Positions 40,276-53,302 are shown, numbered from the stretch's first letter. The stretch: 64,000 nucleotides of DNA from an uncultured Bacilli bacterium (GCA_947632065.1 CANRNO010000002.1:234-64233); one strand, 5' to 3'. The notes: generated by a model not told the origin, from the letters alone. Numbers and translations: made by a program.

Positions 40276-41118
40276 TCACTTCCCTCTTGTATGATACTCT
40301 TTATAAATTATAGACTTTGCAACTTTCCTTTCTTCTGAAACCTTCTTAATAGCATCCTTTTCTGACATACCATCATCTAAATATAATTTAATATGATCTA
40401 AAATAGAAATAGAAGAAAAATCACTTAAATTATTATTACCAGATACAACAACAACAAATTCCCCTTTTAAAGTATTTAATTCTTCTAATACTTCACTTAC
40501 TAATCCCCTATAAACTTCTTCATATTTTTTAGAAAGTTCACGGCACAAACATATTTCTCTATCACCAAAAATATCAAGTATATCTTTTAAAAACTTTTCC
40601 ATCCTATGAGGAGCTTCATAAAATATTAATGTATGAGTAATATTTTTCAAAGACTCTAACTCTTTTTTTCTTTTCGAATCTTTAGAATTTAAAAATCCAT
40701 AAAAAGTAAAAGGTGAAGGCATTATACCTGACATAGTTAAAGCTGGAACAAACGCAGTTGCACCTGGTAAAGATACAACATTAATATCTTGTTTAATTGC
40801 TTCTTTAACCACCTCATATCCTGGATCACTAATAATAGGAGTTCCCTGATCAGTAACAAGTGCAATATCATTTCCTTCTTTTATTTTCTCTATTACTTTT
40901 TCTTTAATTTGTTTTTCATTATATTCATGACAACTAACTAACTTTTTCTTTATATCATATTTTTTTAATAAATTTCCAGTAACTCTAGTATCTTCACATA
41001 AAACTAAATCAACATTTTTTAAAACATTAAGCGATCTCATAGTAATATCTTCTAGATTTCCAATAGGTGTAGGTACTAAATATAAACATTTACTATTATC
41101 ATAACTCTTTTGACTCAT
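40276..41118 (-). CDS. rsmI: 16S rRNA (cytidine1402-2'-O)-methyltransferase
   Basis: LYLVPTPIGNLEDIT, CEDTR and ISDPGY motifs. Confidence 0.9.
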   Translation of the reverse strand: MSQKSYDNSKCLYLVPTPIGNLEDITMRSLNVLKNVDLVLCEDTRVTGNLLKKYDIKKKLVSCHEYNEKQIKEKVIEKIKEGNDIALVTDQGTPIISDPGYEVVKEAIKQDINVVSLPGATAFVPALTMSGIMPSPFTFYGFLNSKDSKRKKELESLKNITHTLIFYEAPHRMEKFLKDILDIFGDREICLCRELSKKYEEVYRGLVSEVLEELNTLKGEFVVVVSGNNNLSDFSSISILDHIKLYLDDGMSEKDAIKKVSEERKVAKSIIYKEYHTRGK

Positions 41119-41119
41119 A

Positions 41120-41866
41120 TTACATCACCTCACTTAATAACCTTTCATATTCATTAGTTTCCTTACCATTATCATCATACATTATAAACGGAGAGCATAT
41201 CTTCAATCCAGATTTACCATTTTTTATTCCTTCAATAAAAAACAATTTAGATTCCATATTCTTATTATGATGAATAAATCTAATAACTTTGGGTTCAATA
41301 TTATATTTTCTAAATAAAGATATTATTTCTACTAATCGCTCTGTCCTAAAAATCATAGCAAGTCTTCCATTGCTTTTTAAAAGTTTTTTACTTATAGAAA
41401 AAATATCTTCTAGACTAATTAACTCTTCATGTCTACTATTTTTCTTTGAATCACTAATTGGCAATTTAGAATAACTATCATTAAAAAAAGGAGGATTACT
41501 TAATATAACATCATAAATTTCAGTATGTAATTTTTTTGAAAAACTTTTCATATCGTCATTATAAATAGTAACTTGATCTGTTAAATTATTAAGTTCAATA
41601 TTTTCTTTTGCTATTAAAGAAACATCTTTTTGTATTTCAACAGCATCTATATGTGCATTTGTTCTAAGAGAAAGTATCAACGGAATAGGTCCTATACCAG
41701 TACCTAAATCTAATACTTTTTTTACTCTTGAATTCATAGTAACAAAATTAGCTAAAATTAAACTATCCAAAGAAAAAGCCAAAAAATTTTCATCTTGCAT
41801 AATTTTTCTATTATACCCAACTAAATCAGTTATTTTTCGCGAACAATTCTTTACTATCATATTCAA
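41120..41866 (-). CDS. tRNA (adenine37-N6)-methyltransferase-like SAM MTase (YabB/TrmN6 family)
   Basis: DLGTGIG SAM motif and NPPF motif. Position between yaaT and rsmI matches B. subtilis yabB. Confidence 0.75.
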   Translation of the reverse strand: MNMIVKNCSRKITDLVGYNRKIMQDENFLAFSLDSLILANFVTMNSRVKKVLDLGTGIGPIPLILSLRTNAHIDAVEIQKDVSLIAKENIELNNLTDQVTIYNDDMKSFSKKLHTEIYDVILSNPPFFNDSYSKLPISDSKKNSRHEELISLEDIFSISKKLLKSNGRLAMIFRTERLVEIISLFRKYNIEPKVIRFIHHNKNMESKLFFIEGIKNGKSGLKICSPFIMYDDNGKETNEYERLLSEVM

Positions 41867-42629
41867 TAATTCCTTGATTTTTATATTCTACTTTTACTGT
41901 TTTCTTAAATACATCCATTGAAACTATTTTTCCTACACCTTCCTTAGTTTCAACTATTGTTCCTAAAGAAGGTAAATCCTTTTTCATTTCTGTATATACA
42001 TCATCTTCATAATTTAAACAACATAAAAGTCTACCACAAACTCCATTTATTTTAGTTGGATTCAAAGCCAACATTTGATTTTTAGCCATATTAATAGAAA
42101 CACTAGTAAAATCTGTTAAAAATGTATTACAGCATAAAAATAAACCACAAGGACCTAATCCTCCAACACGTTTTGCTTTATCTCTTACTCCTATTTGTCT
42201 TAATTCAATTCTAGTTTTATATTTCTGAGCAAGTTTCTTAGCAAGTTCTCTAAAATCTACTCTAGCAGAAGATACAAAATAAAAATATAATTGATTACAA
42301 GAAAAAGTATATTTTGCATCAACAAAATTCATATCCAACTCTAAATCTTTTGCAACTTTTTTAGCATATTTTAAAGCCTTGCTTGCTTCTTTATTATTTC
42401 TCTTATCAACATCTAAATCCTTTTTAGTTGCGATACGCACTACCTTAGAAAGTGGCATAGATAAATTATCCTTACTTTCCTGATAAACAGCTTTTTTTAC
42501 AACACCTATCTGTAATCCATTCTCCGTATCAACAACTACTACATCTTTTACTTTTAAAGGTAAAGAATTAGGAGAATAATAAGTTAATTCATTAGAATTA
42601 TTTAAAGCAACACCTACTACATCATACAT
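41826..42629 (-). CDS. yaaT: PSP1-domain protein YaaT/RicT
   Basis: Cys-rich GPCGLFLCCNTFL..VSINMAKNQ..LNPTKINGVCGRLLCCLNYE block. Confidence 0.85.
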   Translation of the reverse strand: MYDVVGVALNNSNELTYYSPNSLPLKVKDVVVVDTENGLQIGVVKKAVYQESKDNLSMPLSKVVRIATKKDLDVDKRNNKEASKALKYAKKVAKDLELDMNFVDAKYTFSCNQLYFYFVSSARVDFRELAKKLAQKYKTRIELRQIGVRDKAKRVGGLGPCGLFLCCNTFLTDFTSVSINMAKNQMLALNPTKINGVCGRLLCCLNYEDDVYTEMKKDLPSLGTIVETKEGVGKIVSMDVFKKTVKVEYKNQGIIEYDSKELFAKNN

Positions 42630-43473
42630 TATCTTTTACCTCCATATATTTAATTATAAAATTATCTAACCAAAGTTTAAAATTCAAATTATAATTCAAG
42701 TTTTCCTTTTCTTTTCTAATTAGTTCTATAAACTTCAAAAGTTGATCCAATGTTAAATTGTTTAAATTATCATCATCTTCTATAATTTTAATAGAATCAT
42801 CAGAACTACTAATATAATTATAATATTTTTTTTCTAATAAATCTAATATCTTAATAGTTTGTTTTTTATCAACAAATAATTCTTCAATAATTTTATTATA
42901 ATTCAAGAAAGCTTGTTTTGATGAAGAAAACAATTCAAAAAAGTGGACAAGAATACTATCATCAAAAATTTCATCAAGATTATCCATACTAAGAACCTGA
43001 CATCTAGAAATAATAGTATCTAACAGCATATATTTATTCTTAGTAACTAAAATTGCTATAACACCATCACTAGGTTCTTCTAAAAACTTCAAAATAGTAT
43101 TAGATGCTTCCTTATTCATTTTATCCGCATCAAAAACTACATACACTTGCAAATTATCCAAAGATTTATTTTTAAATTTAGATTTTACATTAATTAATTG
43201 TTCCTTTTTAATAATTTGATTATTAGGAAATACTTTTATAAAGTCAACAAAACTCTCATTATCAATTAAATTACAAATTCTTATATATTCTTCATCATTA
43301 GTATCAGAATAATTTCTAGAAAAAATTAATTTAACTAATTCTATTATAGCATTTTCATAATTTTCATTTTCATTTGTTTCAATTATATAAGCATGAAAAA
43401 ACTTCTCTTTATTTAAAAAGTTCACCTTTACTTGTTCATAAAAATTTTTATATTTTGAAATTTCGTTTTGCAT
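42622..43473 (-). CDS. holB: DNA polymerase III delta-prime subunit
   Basis: AAA+-like fold with the LKFLEEP and SRCQ motifs, and holB-yaaT synteny. Confidence 0.8.
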   Translation of the reverse strand: MQNEISKYKNFYEQVKVNFLNKEKFFHAYIIETNENENYENAIIELVKLIFSRNYSDTNDEEYIRICNLIDNESFVDFIKVFPNNQIIKKEQLINVKSKFKNKSLDNLQVYVVFDADKMNKEASNTILKFLEEPSDGVIAILVTKNKYMLLDTIISRCQVLSMDNLDEIFDDSILVHFFELFSSSKQAFLNYNKIIEELFVDKKQTIKILDLLEKKYYNYISSSDDSIKIIEDDDNLNNLTLDQLLKFIELIRKEKENLNYNLNFKLWLDNFIIKYMEVKDNV

Positions 43474-43480
43474 AACTACC

Positions 43481-43666
43481 TCACAATGTAAACATCTTTA
43501 ATATAATAAGTGCAAATATGGCAGGTACTCCTAAAAAGCCAACCAAGGAAAGTGTTATTAAATTTATAGGAATTACTAAATTAAAATTGGCAGCAATTAT
43601 ATTATATCCATACAACACAAAAGAACTTAAAATAAACCTTTTTAAATATGTAAAAATTTTCTCCAT
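43481..43666 (-). CDS. bofA: BofA-family pro-sigma-K processing inhibitor (small membrane protein)
   Basis: 61 aa with two TM helices and the IPINLITL..GFLGVP pattern. Position after recR matches B. subtilis. Confidence 0.6.
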   Translation of the reverse strand: MEKIFTYLKRFILSSFVLYGYNIIAANFNLVIPINLITLSLVGFLGVPAIFALIILKMFTL

Positions 43667-43712
43667 ATTTTATACCTCGCTTATTAATACAAAATATGAA
43701 AAAAATTTATTT

Positions 43713-44309
43713 TTATGATATTAGCTTTCTATCATTTAAAGCCCTCTCTAAAGTAAGAGTATCAATATATTCCATATCAGCTCCAATTGGAACTCCACTA
43801 GCAAGTCTGGTAATTTTGATATCTAAACCTTCCAATAACTTTTTCACATAAAGAGCAGTTGTTTCTCCTTCTATACTAGGCTTAAATGCAAATATTATTT
43901 CTTTAAAATTTTCGTGTTTTATTCTATCAATTAATTTATCTAATCCTATATCTTCTGGATTCACTCCATCTAATGGCGAAATAAGACCGTTAATAACATG
44001 ATATAATCCTTTATAAACTTGAAGTTTTTCTATTAAAAAAACATTTTTCGCATCTTCTACTATACATAAAGTTTCTCTATCTCTAGTTTTATCATTACAT
44101 ATAAGACAATTATTATCTTCAACAAAAGAATTACATATATTACAAAAGGAAATATTTTTTTTAATATTTTTCAAACTATTTGTAAATAATTCCACTTTTT
44201 CATCATCAAAATCTAATACAGAAAAAGCAAGTCGTTCTGCGGTTTTTTCACCAATACCAGGAAAATACTTAAAAGATTCAATTAACTCATTCAAACTCTT
44301 TGGATACAT
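43713..44309 (-). CDS. recR: Recombination protein RecR
   Basis: FPGIG.KTAERLAF HhH motif, a C4 zinc finger and a Toprim domain. Confidence 0.95.
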   Translation of the reverse strand: MYPKSLNELIESFKYFPGIGEKTAERLAFSVLDFDDEKVELFTNSLKNIKKNISFCNICNSFVEDNNCLICNDKTRDRETLCIVEDAKNVFLIEKLQVYKGLYHVINGLISPLDGVNPEDIGLDKLIDRIKHENFKEIIFAFKPSIEGETTALYVKKLLEGLDIKITRLASGVPIGADMEYIDTLTLERALNDRKLIS

Positions 44310-44311
44310 AA

Positions 44312-44611
44312 TTAAAATAACCCTGGTAATGCGCTAGTATATTTTCCAAGTTTCTTTTCTGTTATTTCATCAACTTGCTTCAAAGCATTATTTGTAGCAA
44401 CTAAAATCATATCTTCTAAAATCTCTAATTCATCTGCAGTTATTTCACTATCTTTATTTATTTCCACTTTAACAACTTCTTTTGTACCTTTAACAACTAC
44501 TTTAACTAAAGAACTTTCTCCTACAAATTCCATAGCATCTATTTCCTCTTTTGATTTCATCATATCTTTTTGCATTGCTTGGGCTTGTTTCATAATTGCT
44601 TGCATATTCAT
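44312..44611 (-). CDS. ybaB: Nucleoid-associated protein YbaB/EbfC
   Basis: 99 aa with a MQAIMKQAQ.MQ.DM N-terminus, located between dnaX and recR. Confidence 0.9.
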   Translation of the reverse strand: MNMQAIMKQAQAMQKDMMKSKEEIDAMEFVGESSLVKVVVKGTKEVVKVEINKDSEITADELEILEDMILVATNNALKQVDEITEKKLGKYTSALPGLF

Positions 44612-44625
44612 ATCTAATCACTCCT

Positions 44626-46302
44626 TTATTCATATTCTACAATATCGCCAAACATCTCAACAATAGATTCAGAATTAACATCATCACTTTCTGACTTATT
44701 ATCTTCTTCTAATTTTGGCTCTTCTTGGTACTCATATAGTATACCATTTTTTTTGTTTTTAATATACTCTTCTTTCATTTTTTCCCAATTTTCATCTGTA
44801 ATAAATGCAAGAGACACATCAAGACCTGTAACTTGATTATAAACACTTTGTAATTTATCTATATTTTTAAGATTCTCCTTAACAGACGAATCATATTCAT
44901 AACTCAAAATAACATTTCTTTCACTAGCAGCTCTAATAGTGGCATCCATTATATCACATATAAGATAACCTATTTTTGTATCAAAAGTAAAATCACTAAA
45001 CTTAGAAAAAAGATTTTTATTTTTTAAAAGTGAATCCTTAGAAGCCTCGGCAAAAGTATTATTTATTCTTACATCATTAACTTCATATAAAAACTTTAAA
45101 TTATTTTCAACAGAATTATCTATTCTTTTTGAAGGTTCATTCTTTTTATCCACAGATATCTTTTTGTCTTCTATAATTTCTTTTTCCACAGTTTTAATCT
45201 CTTCTGTTTCATTTTTCTTTTCCACAACTTCAGCAACTTCTTGCTTTTCTTTTAATAAAACATTAGAAAAACTCCTCAAAACATTTAAAATCAATATTTC
45301 AAAATAAATATTAGGATGCTCACTTCTTTTTATTTCGAACATTTTTTCGTTCAAGGTATTAGCTAACAACTCTACTCGTTCAATATTAACCGCCTTAGGA
45401 ATATTTCCCTTTAAATAATAATCCACAATTAAATCAGATAATTTATACACAAGTTGATTAGCAATCTGAATAATATTTTTTCCACTATTGAAATAATCAT
45501 TTATCCTACTTACTAATTCTTGCTTATTTCCCATACAAAAATCAGTAATAAAATCTATTATTTCTTTTTCCCCAAGTAATGAATTCAACTTATAAAAATC
45601 ATCTAAGGTAATTTCACCTTTCTTATAAATTGACAACTTATCTAACATTCCTAAAGAATCTCTCATTCCACCTTCAGAAACCTTAGCTATTTCAAATAAA
45701 ACTTCATCAGATATATTTATTTTTTCCACATCACAAATATATCTTAATCTTCTAACAATATCATTATTAGACACACGTTCAAAAGAAAAAGTTTGGCATC
45801 TTGAAATAATAGTTTCGGGAACCTTATCAATCTCCGTAGTAGCCAGAATAAAAATACTATGTGCAGGTGGTTCTTCAATAGTTTTAAGCAGAGCATTAAA
45901 AGCTCCCATAGATAACATATGTACTTCATCCACTATATATATTTTATAATTTAAACTACTAGGAACCAAATTAACTTTGCTTTTTAATTCTCTTATTTCA
46001 TCAACACCATTATTAGAAGCAGCATCTATCTCAATAATATCAACACATTCGTTTTCTCTAGATACAACACAATTTTCGCATTCATCACATAGTAACTTAC
46101 CATCCGGATGAGAGCAATTAACAGCACGAGCCATTATTTTAGCTAAAGTTGTCTTTCCAGTCCCTCTAGGTCCATAAAAAATATATGAATGACTAATTTT
46201 ATTATTTTTGATTGCATTTTGCAATGTTTTAACAACAATTTGTTGCCCAACAACATCTTCAAAATTCTTTGGGCGATATTTACGATATAATACCTGATAC
46301 AT
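44626..46302 (-). CDS. dnaX: DNA polymerase III gamma/tau subunit
   Basis: YRKYRP..F.DVVGQ, GPRGTGKTT and SRCQ motifs. The ATG at 46302 follows a GGAGG SD. Confidence 0.95.
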   Translation of the reverse strand: MYQVLYRKYRPKNFEDVVGQQIVVKTLQNAIKNNKISHSYIFYGPRGTGKTTLAKIMARAVNCSHPDGKLLCDECENCVVSRENECVDIIEIDAASNNGVDEIRELKSKVNLVPSSLNYKIYIVDEVHMLSMGAFNALLKTIEEPPAHSIFILATTEIDKVPETIISRCQTFSFERVSNNDIVRRLRYICDVEKINISDEVLFEIAKVSEGGMRDSLGMLDKLSIYKKGEITLDDFYKLNSLLGEKEIIDFITDFCMGNKQELVSRINDYFNSGKNIIQIANQLVYKLSDLIVDYYLKGNIPKAVNIERVELLANTLNEKMFEIKRSEHPNIYFEILILNVLRSFSNVLLKEKQEVAEVVEKKNETEEIKTVEKEIIEDKKISVDKKNEPSKRIDNSVENNLKFLYEVNDVRINNTFAEASKDSLLKNKNLFSKFSDFTFDTKIGYLICDIMDATIRAASERNVILSYEYDSSVKENLKNIDKLQSVYNQVTGLDVSLAFITDENWEKMKEEYIKNKKNGILYEYQEEPKLEEDNKSESDDVNSESIVEMFGDIVEYE

Positions 46303-46350
46303 AATAACCTCCAAGTTAAATACTATTATACCAAATAAAAAGAAATAATG

Positions 46351-46794
46351 TTATCTTTTATTCTCAAAAAATTCTTTCATTATTTCTTTTATATCTTCTG
46401 CACAAATATTACTTTCATAATTAACTTTTTTATTTGTAGCACTCCCATCAAAAATTTGTCTTATTATTTTATAATTATTCTTATCAGAATTTTCTAATCC
46501 ATAATAAACTTTTCTTATTCTTGATTGTTGAATTGCACTAGCACACATAGGACAAGGTTCTAATGTTATATAAATATCACAATCATTAAGTCTCCAATTT
46601 CCCATTTTCTTTTGAGCTTTTTCTATCGCAATAATTTCAGCATGTTTTAATACATTGTTAAGTTTATTTTTTTTATTATATCCTCGAGCAATTATTTTAT
46701 TATCTTTAACAATAACTGCTCCGATTGGAACTTCATCTATATCATACGCTTTTTTTGCTTCTTTTATTGCTTCTTTCATATATTTTATTTTCAT
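46351..46794 (-). CDS. tadA: tRNA adenosine(34) deaminase
   Basis: HAE and PCPMC zinc motifs. Start set at the ATG at 46794 with a GGAAGTG SD. The longer ORF-track start (46875) overlaps the SRP RNA. Confidence 0.9.
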   Translation of the reverse strand: MKIKYMKEAIKEAKKAYDIDEVPIGAVIVKDNKIIARGYNKKNKLNNVLKHAEIIAIEKAQKKMGNWRLNDCDIYITLEPCPMCASAIQQSRIRKVYYGLENSDKNNYKIIRQIFDGSATNKKVNYESNICAEDIKEIMKEFFENKR

Positions 46795-46807
46795 AGTAAT
46801 CACTTCC

Positions 46808-46897
46808 AAAAAATAAAGATGCACATAAGTAACAAATGTTAAGGCTGCTATTTTCCAATCCTGACCTGATTCCACCGATACTTATTGCATCAAGATG
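46808..46897 (-). ncRNA. ffs: Small (4.5S-type) signal recognition particle RNA
   Basis: Minus strand reads AUCAGGUCAGGAUUGGAAAAUAGCAGCC, which matches the domain IV consensus CAGGUCAGG-stem-GGAA tetraloop-stem-AGCAGCC. Closing helix GAUGCAAUAAGUA / UACUUAUGUGCAUC, an upstream TATAAT and a 3' U-tract. Confidence 0.8.
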
Positions 46898-46952
46898 ATT
46901 ATATTATATAATTTTTAATTTAACAACATTTTTTATTTATTTTATAAAAAAT

Positions 46953-46968
46953 TATTTCCCAAGAAATA
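46953..46968. promoter_or_regulatory. Noc-binding-site-like sequence (14/16 match)
   Basis: TATTTCCCAAGAAATA vs the NBS consensus TATTTCCCGGGAAATA. Confidence 0.5.
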
Positions 46969-46984
46969 TTTAGTACTATCAAAA

Positions 46985-47000
46985 TATTTCCCGGGAAATA
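46985..47000. promoter_or_regulatory. Noc-binding site (NBS), perfect consensus
   Basis: TATTTCCCGGGAAATA. The palindrome extends to 24 nt (46981-47004). Confidence 0.75.
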
Positions 47001-47011
47001 TTTTTATTATA

Positions 47012-47027
47012 AGTTTCACGTGAAACT
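47012..47027. promoter_or_regulatory. parS: parS site (14/16 match)
   Basis: AGTTTCACGTGAAACT vs the parS consensus TGTTTCACGTGAAACA. The core 14 nt are identical. Confidence 0.7.
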
Positions 47028-47040
47028 ATATATATTTTTT

Positions 47041-47056
47041 TGTTTCACGTGAAACA
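47041..47056. promoter_or_regulatory. parS: parS site, perfect palindromic consensus
   Basis: TGTTTCACGTGAAACA, 16/16. Confidence 0.85.
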
Positions 47057-47084
47057 AAAAAGAAGAAATATTTTTATTTCCTCT
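47056..47084 (-). terminator. Rho-independent terminator of gyrA
   Basis: Minus-strand AGAGGAAAUA-AAAA-UAUUUCUUCU hairpin (one G-U pair) followed by a U-tract. Confidence 0.7.
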
Positions 47085-47085
47085 T

Positions 47086-49545
47086 TTACTCAGTAATTTG
47101 TTCTTCTTGTTCTGATGTTTCTTCTTGCTCTTCCTGTTGAACTACAGCAACTGTTGATACACTTTGTTTTTCTTTTAAATGAATTAGTCTTACTCCTTGA
47201 GTTGCTCTTTTCAATATAGATACTTGAGATAATGGCATTTTCATCAATATTCCACTATCAGTTATAATCATTAAATCTTTTTTCTCAATATCATTAACAC
47301 ATTTTAAAGATACTATATTTCCATTTTTCTCAGTAATATTTAATGTTTTAACTCCTTTGCTACCTCTATGTGTTAATCTATATTCCTCGATTTTAGTTTG
47401 TTTTCCATATCCCTTTTCTGATATAACCAATATATAATCTCCAGGTTTTACTACTTCTGCACCTACAACTTTATTTCCACATAAATCTATTCCTTTTACA
47501 CCTGAAGCTGTTCTACCCATAACTCTTACTTCGTTTTCAGAAAATCTAACCATTCTACCTGATGAAGATCCTATAGCTATTTCATCATCTCCGCTTGTAG
47601 CTTTTACACTTATTAACTGATCATCATCTTTTAAAGTAATTGATATTTTTCCACTTTTTCTTATATTATCAAATTCCTCAACCTTAGTTCTTTTTACCAA
47701 ACCATTAACAGTTGTAAAAACTAAGTATTTAACTTTTTCCTCAGCATTCTCATCATACTTAATAATAGAATTAATTTTTTCATCTTTTTCTAATGCTAAC
47801 AAGTTAATAATAGGAATACCTTTTGATTGTCTACTAAACTCTGGGATAGTATATCCTTTCATTCTATAAACCTTTCCCTTATTAGAGAAGAATAATATAT
47901 AATCATGTGTTTTCATAGAAATTAAATGATCCACAAAGTCTTCTTCGTTAGTACTCATTCCTTTAACTCCTACTCCACCACGATTTTGAGTACGATAAGT
48001 ATCTGCTTTTAATCGTTTAATATATCCATTATTAGTTAAAGTTACAATTATGTTTTCCACAGGTATTAATGATTCATCTTCTATATATTCAATAGCTGTC
48101 ATATCAATATCTGTTTTTCTTTCATCACCATATTTGTTCTTAATTTCAAGCATTTCTTCTTTTATTATATTTAAAACTTTTTCCTCAGAAGCAAGAATTG
48201 ATTTTAACTCTTCGATTTCTTTTAACAATGCTTCTAATTCGTTTTCCACTTTTTCACGTTCTAATCCAGTCAAACGACGTAATTTCATTTCTAATATAGC
48301 TTGTGCTTGAGCTTCTGTTAAATTATATTTACTCATCAAGCCCTGCATTGCTTCTTCATCTTTTTTAGAACCTCTAATTAAAGCAATTATTTCATCAATA
48401 TGATCTAATGCAATCTTTAATCCCTCTAAAATATGCGCTCTAGCTTCATCTTTTTGTAAATCAAACTTAGTACGACGAATAATAATTTCTTTTTGATAAT
48501 CAATATATTTAGAAATTATATCTTTTAAACCTAATGTTTTTGGCACTCCTTGGTCTAACATTAAAAAATTAATACCATAACTAGTTTGAAATGCAGTATG
48601 TTTATATAAATTATTTAGTACTACTTGAGGATTAGCATCTTTCTTCAAAGTTATAGTTATTTTAACACCATTTTTCAAATCAGTATGATAATCAGCAATA
48701 CCATCTATAACTTTATTATGAACTAAATCTGCAACTTTATTTTTCAAATCTAATGTATTAATTCCATAAGGTACTTCATCAATTATAATATAATGTTTTC
48801 CTTTTTCCTCTTCGATTTTAGCTCTACTTCTTATAGTAATAGTACCTTTTCCTGTTTCATAAGCTTTTTTAATTCCACTATTTCCCAAGATAATTGCACC
48901 AGTTGGAAAATCAGGTCCTTTTATAAATTGCATTAATCCATCTGTATCAATATCAGGGTTATCTATGTATGCAACACAACCATCAATTACTTCTCCCAAA
49001 TTATGAGGAGGAATATTGGTTGCCATACCAACTGCAATTCCCATAGTACCATTTACTAATATATTAGGAAATCTAGATGGTAAAATCTCTGGTTCTTTCT
49101 CTGATTCATCAAAGTTAGGAACAAAATCCACAGTATTTTTATTAATATTTCTTAATAATTCCAAAGAAATTTTAGAAAGACGAGATTCTGTATAACGCAT
49201 TGCTGCTGCCCCATATCCTTCTATATTACCAAAATTACCATGACCATCAACTAACATGTAACGATAAGAAAAATCTTGTGCCATACGAACCATTGCCTCG
49301 TAAATACTAGAATCACCATGTGGGTGATATTTTCCCATAACATCTCCGACGATTCTTGCACTTTTCTTATGAGGTTTATCAGGAGTATATCCAGATTCAT
49401 ACATAGAATACAAAATTCTTCTATGAACAGGCTTTAATCCATCCCTTAAATCAGGTAAAGCCCTAGAAACTATTACACTCATAGAATATTCCAAAAAAGA
49501 ATCTCTAACTTCATTTACAATATTATTTTGTTCTAATCTATCCAT
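47086..49545 (-). CDS. gyrA: DNA gyrase subunit A
   Basis: 819 aa. [16 protein letters not shown] and AAMRYTE (active-site Tyr) motifs. Confidence 0.98.
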   Translation of the reverse strand: MDRLEQNNIVNEVRDSFLEYSMSVIVSRALPDLRDGLKPVHRRILYSMYESGYTPDKPHKKSARIVGDVMGKYHPHGDSSIYEAMVRMAQDFSYRYMLVDGHGNFGNIEGYGAAAMRYTESRLSKISLELLRNINKNTVDFVPNFDESEKEPEILPSRFPNILVNGTMGIAVGMATNIPPHNLGEVIDGCVAYIDNPDIDTDGLMQFIKGPDFPTGAIILGNSGIKKAYETGKGTITIRSRAKIEEEKGKHYIIIDEVPYGINTLDLKNKVADLVHNKVIDGIADYHTDLKNGVKITITLKKDANPQVVLNNLYKHTAFQTSYGINFLMLDQGVPKTLGLKDIISKYIDYQKEIIIRRTKFDLQKDEARAHILEGLKIALDHIDEIIALIRGSKKDEEAMQGLMSKYNLTEAQAQAILEMKLRRLTGLEREKVENELEALLKEIEELKSILASEEKVLNIIKEEMLEIKNKYGDERKTDIDMTAIEYIEDESLIPVENIIVTLTNNGYIKRLKADTYRTQNRGGVGVKGMSTNEEDFVDHLISMKTHDYILFFSNKGKVYRMKGYTIPEFSRQSKGIPIINLLALEKDEKINSIIKYDENAEEKVKYLVFTTVNGLVKRTKVEEFDNIRKSGKISITLKDDDQLISVKATSGDDEIAIGSSSGRMVRFSENEVRVMGRTASGVKGIDLCGNKVVGAEVVKPGDYILVISEKGYGKQTKIEEYRLTHRGSKGVKTLNITEKNGNIVSLKCVNDIEKKDLMIITDSGILMKMPLSQVSILKRATQGVRLIHLKEKQSVSTVAVVQQEEQEETSEQEEQITE

Positions 49546-49558
49546 ATAACCTTACCTC

Positions 49559-52598
<3,040 letters not shown>

Positions 52599-52693
52599 TT
52601 AAAACCAAATAAAAGACTCATATTATCACCTATCCCCTATTTCGGTATTCCTATACGTGCACTACTATTATATCATATATGAATTATTTTTGC

Positions 52694-52726
52694 ACCAAAA
52701 AAAGTTACAACTACTGTAACTTTTTT
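52694..52726 (-). terminator. Rho-independent terminator of comK
   Basis: GTTACA-GTAGT-TGTAAC hairpin flanked by A and U runs. Overlaps the stop codon. Confidence 0.6.
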
Positions 52727-53160
52727 CTATTTCTTATAAGTGATTCTAATCTTGTAGCTCTAAGAAGTTGATTCTGAAAAGATCTATATGAAACAGGTAC
52801 AATTATCTGTGTATCATTTTCAAATGTTACTCTAATACTATTACTACTTAATTCTTCATAATCCTTTACTTGTTTAGAAGCAATCCATACACATTTAGGA
52901 TCTTGAGGTGAAATTGTTGGAAAGAATACTAAATTATTATAATCTTCAACAACAATAGGAACTTTATATTCTACTCCTAAAATAGATTTTGCTCCTTCCT
53001 TTCTACCTTCATATGAACTACCAAAATACCTACAACTATCATCCATTATTTCAAATGGAACCTTATCTACTACATATTCATTATCATCTTCAAATACTTT
53101 ACTTGAAGATTTCTTCATTGGAACTATTGCTAAAGTTCCTTCACTTACTTCATAATTCAT
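52711..53160 (-). CDS. comK: Competence transcription factor ComK family
   Basis: Aligns block by block with remembered B. subtilis ComK: NYEVSEGTLAIVP, SCRYFGSSYEGRKEGA, LVFFPTISPQDPKCVWI and VSYRSFQNQLLRA. ATG at 53160 with a GGGGGT SD. Confidence 0.85.
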   Translation of the reverse strand: MNYEVSEGTLAIVPMKKSSSKVFEDDNEYVVDKVPFEIMDDSCRYFGSSYEGRKEGAKSILGVEYKVPIVVEDYNNLVFFPTISPQDPKCVWIASKQVKDYEELSSNSIRVTFENDTQIIVPVSYRSFQNQLLRATRLESLIRNRKKLQ

Positions 53161-53273
53161 CTTATTACCCCCTATCTTGAAAACTTGAGCCCCCGTTTTC
53201 AATACCATAATAGCACATCCTTATGTCGAAAAAGCACGAAAAATGTCATATTTAAAAAAATATTAAAATTTAT

Positions 53274-53302
53274 AAAAAAAATACTATAAAAATAGTATTT
53301 TA
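53274..53302 (-). terminator. Rho-independent terminator of dnaN
   Basis: AAAATACTAT-loop-ATAGTATTTT perfect hairpin with a U-run. Overlaps the dnaN stop. Confidence 0.6.

Noticed and set aside
46795-46875. N-terminal 27-aa extension of the tadA ORF (MESGQDWKIAALTFVTYVHLYFLEVIT).
   Set aside because: It is the antisense-free read-through of the SRP RNA sequence. The conserved deaminase starts at the ATG at 46794, which has its own SD.
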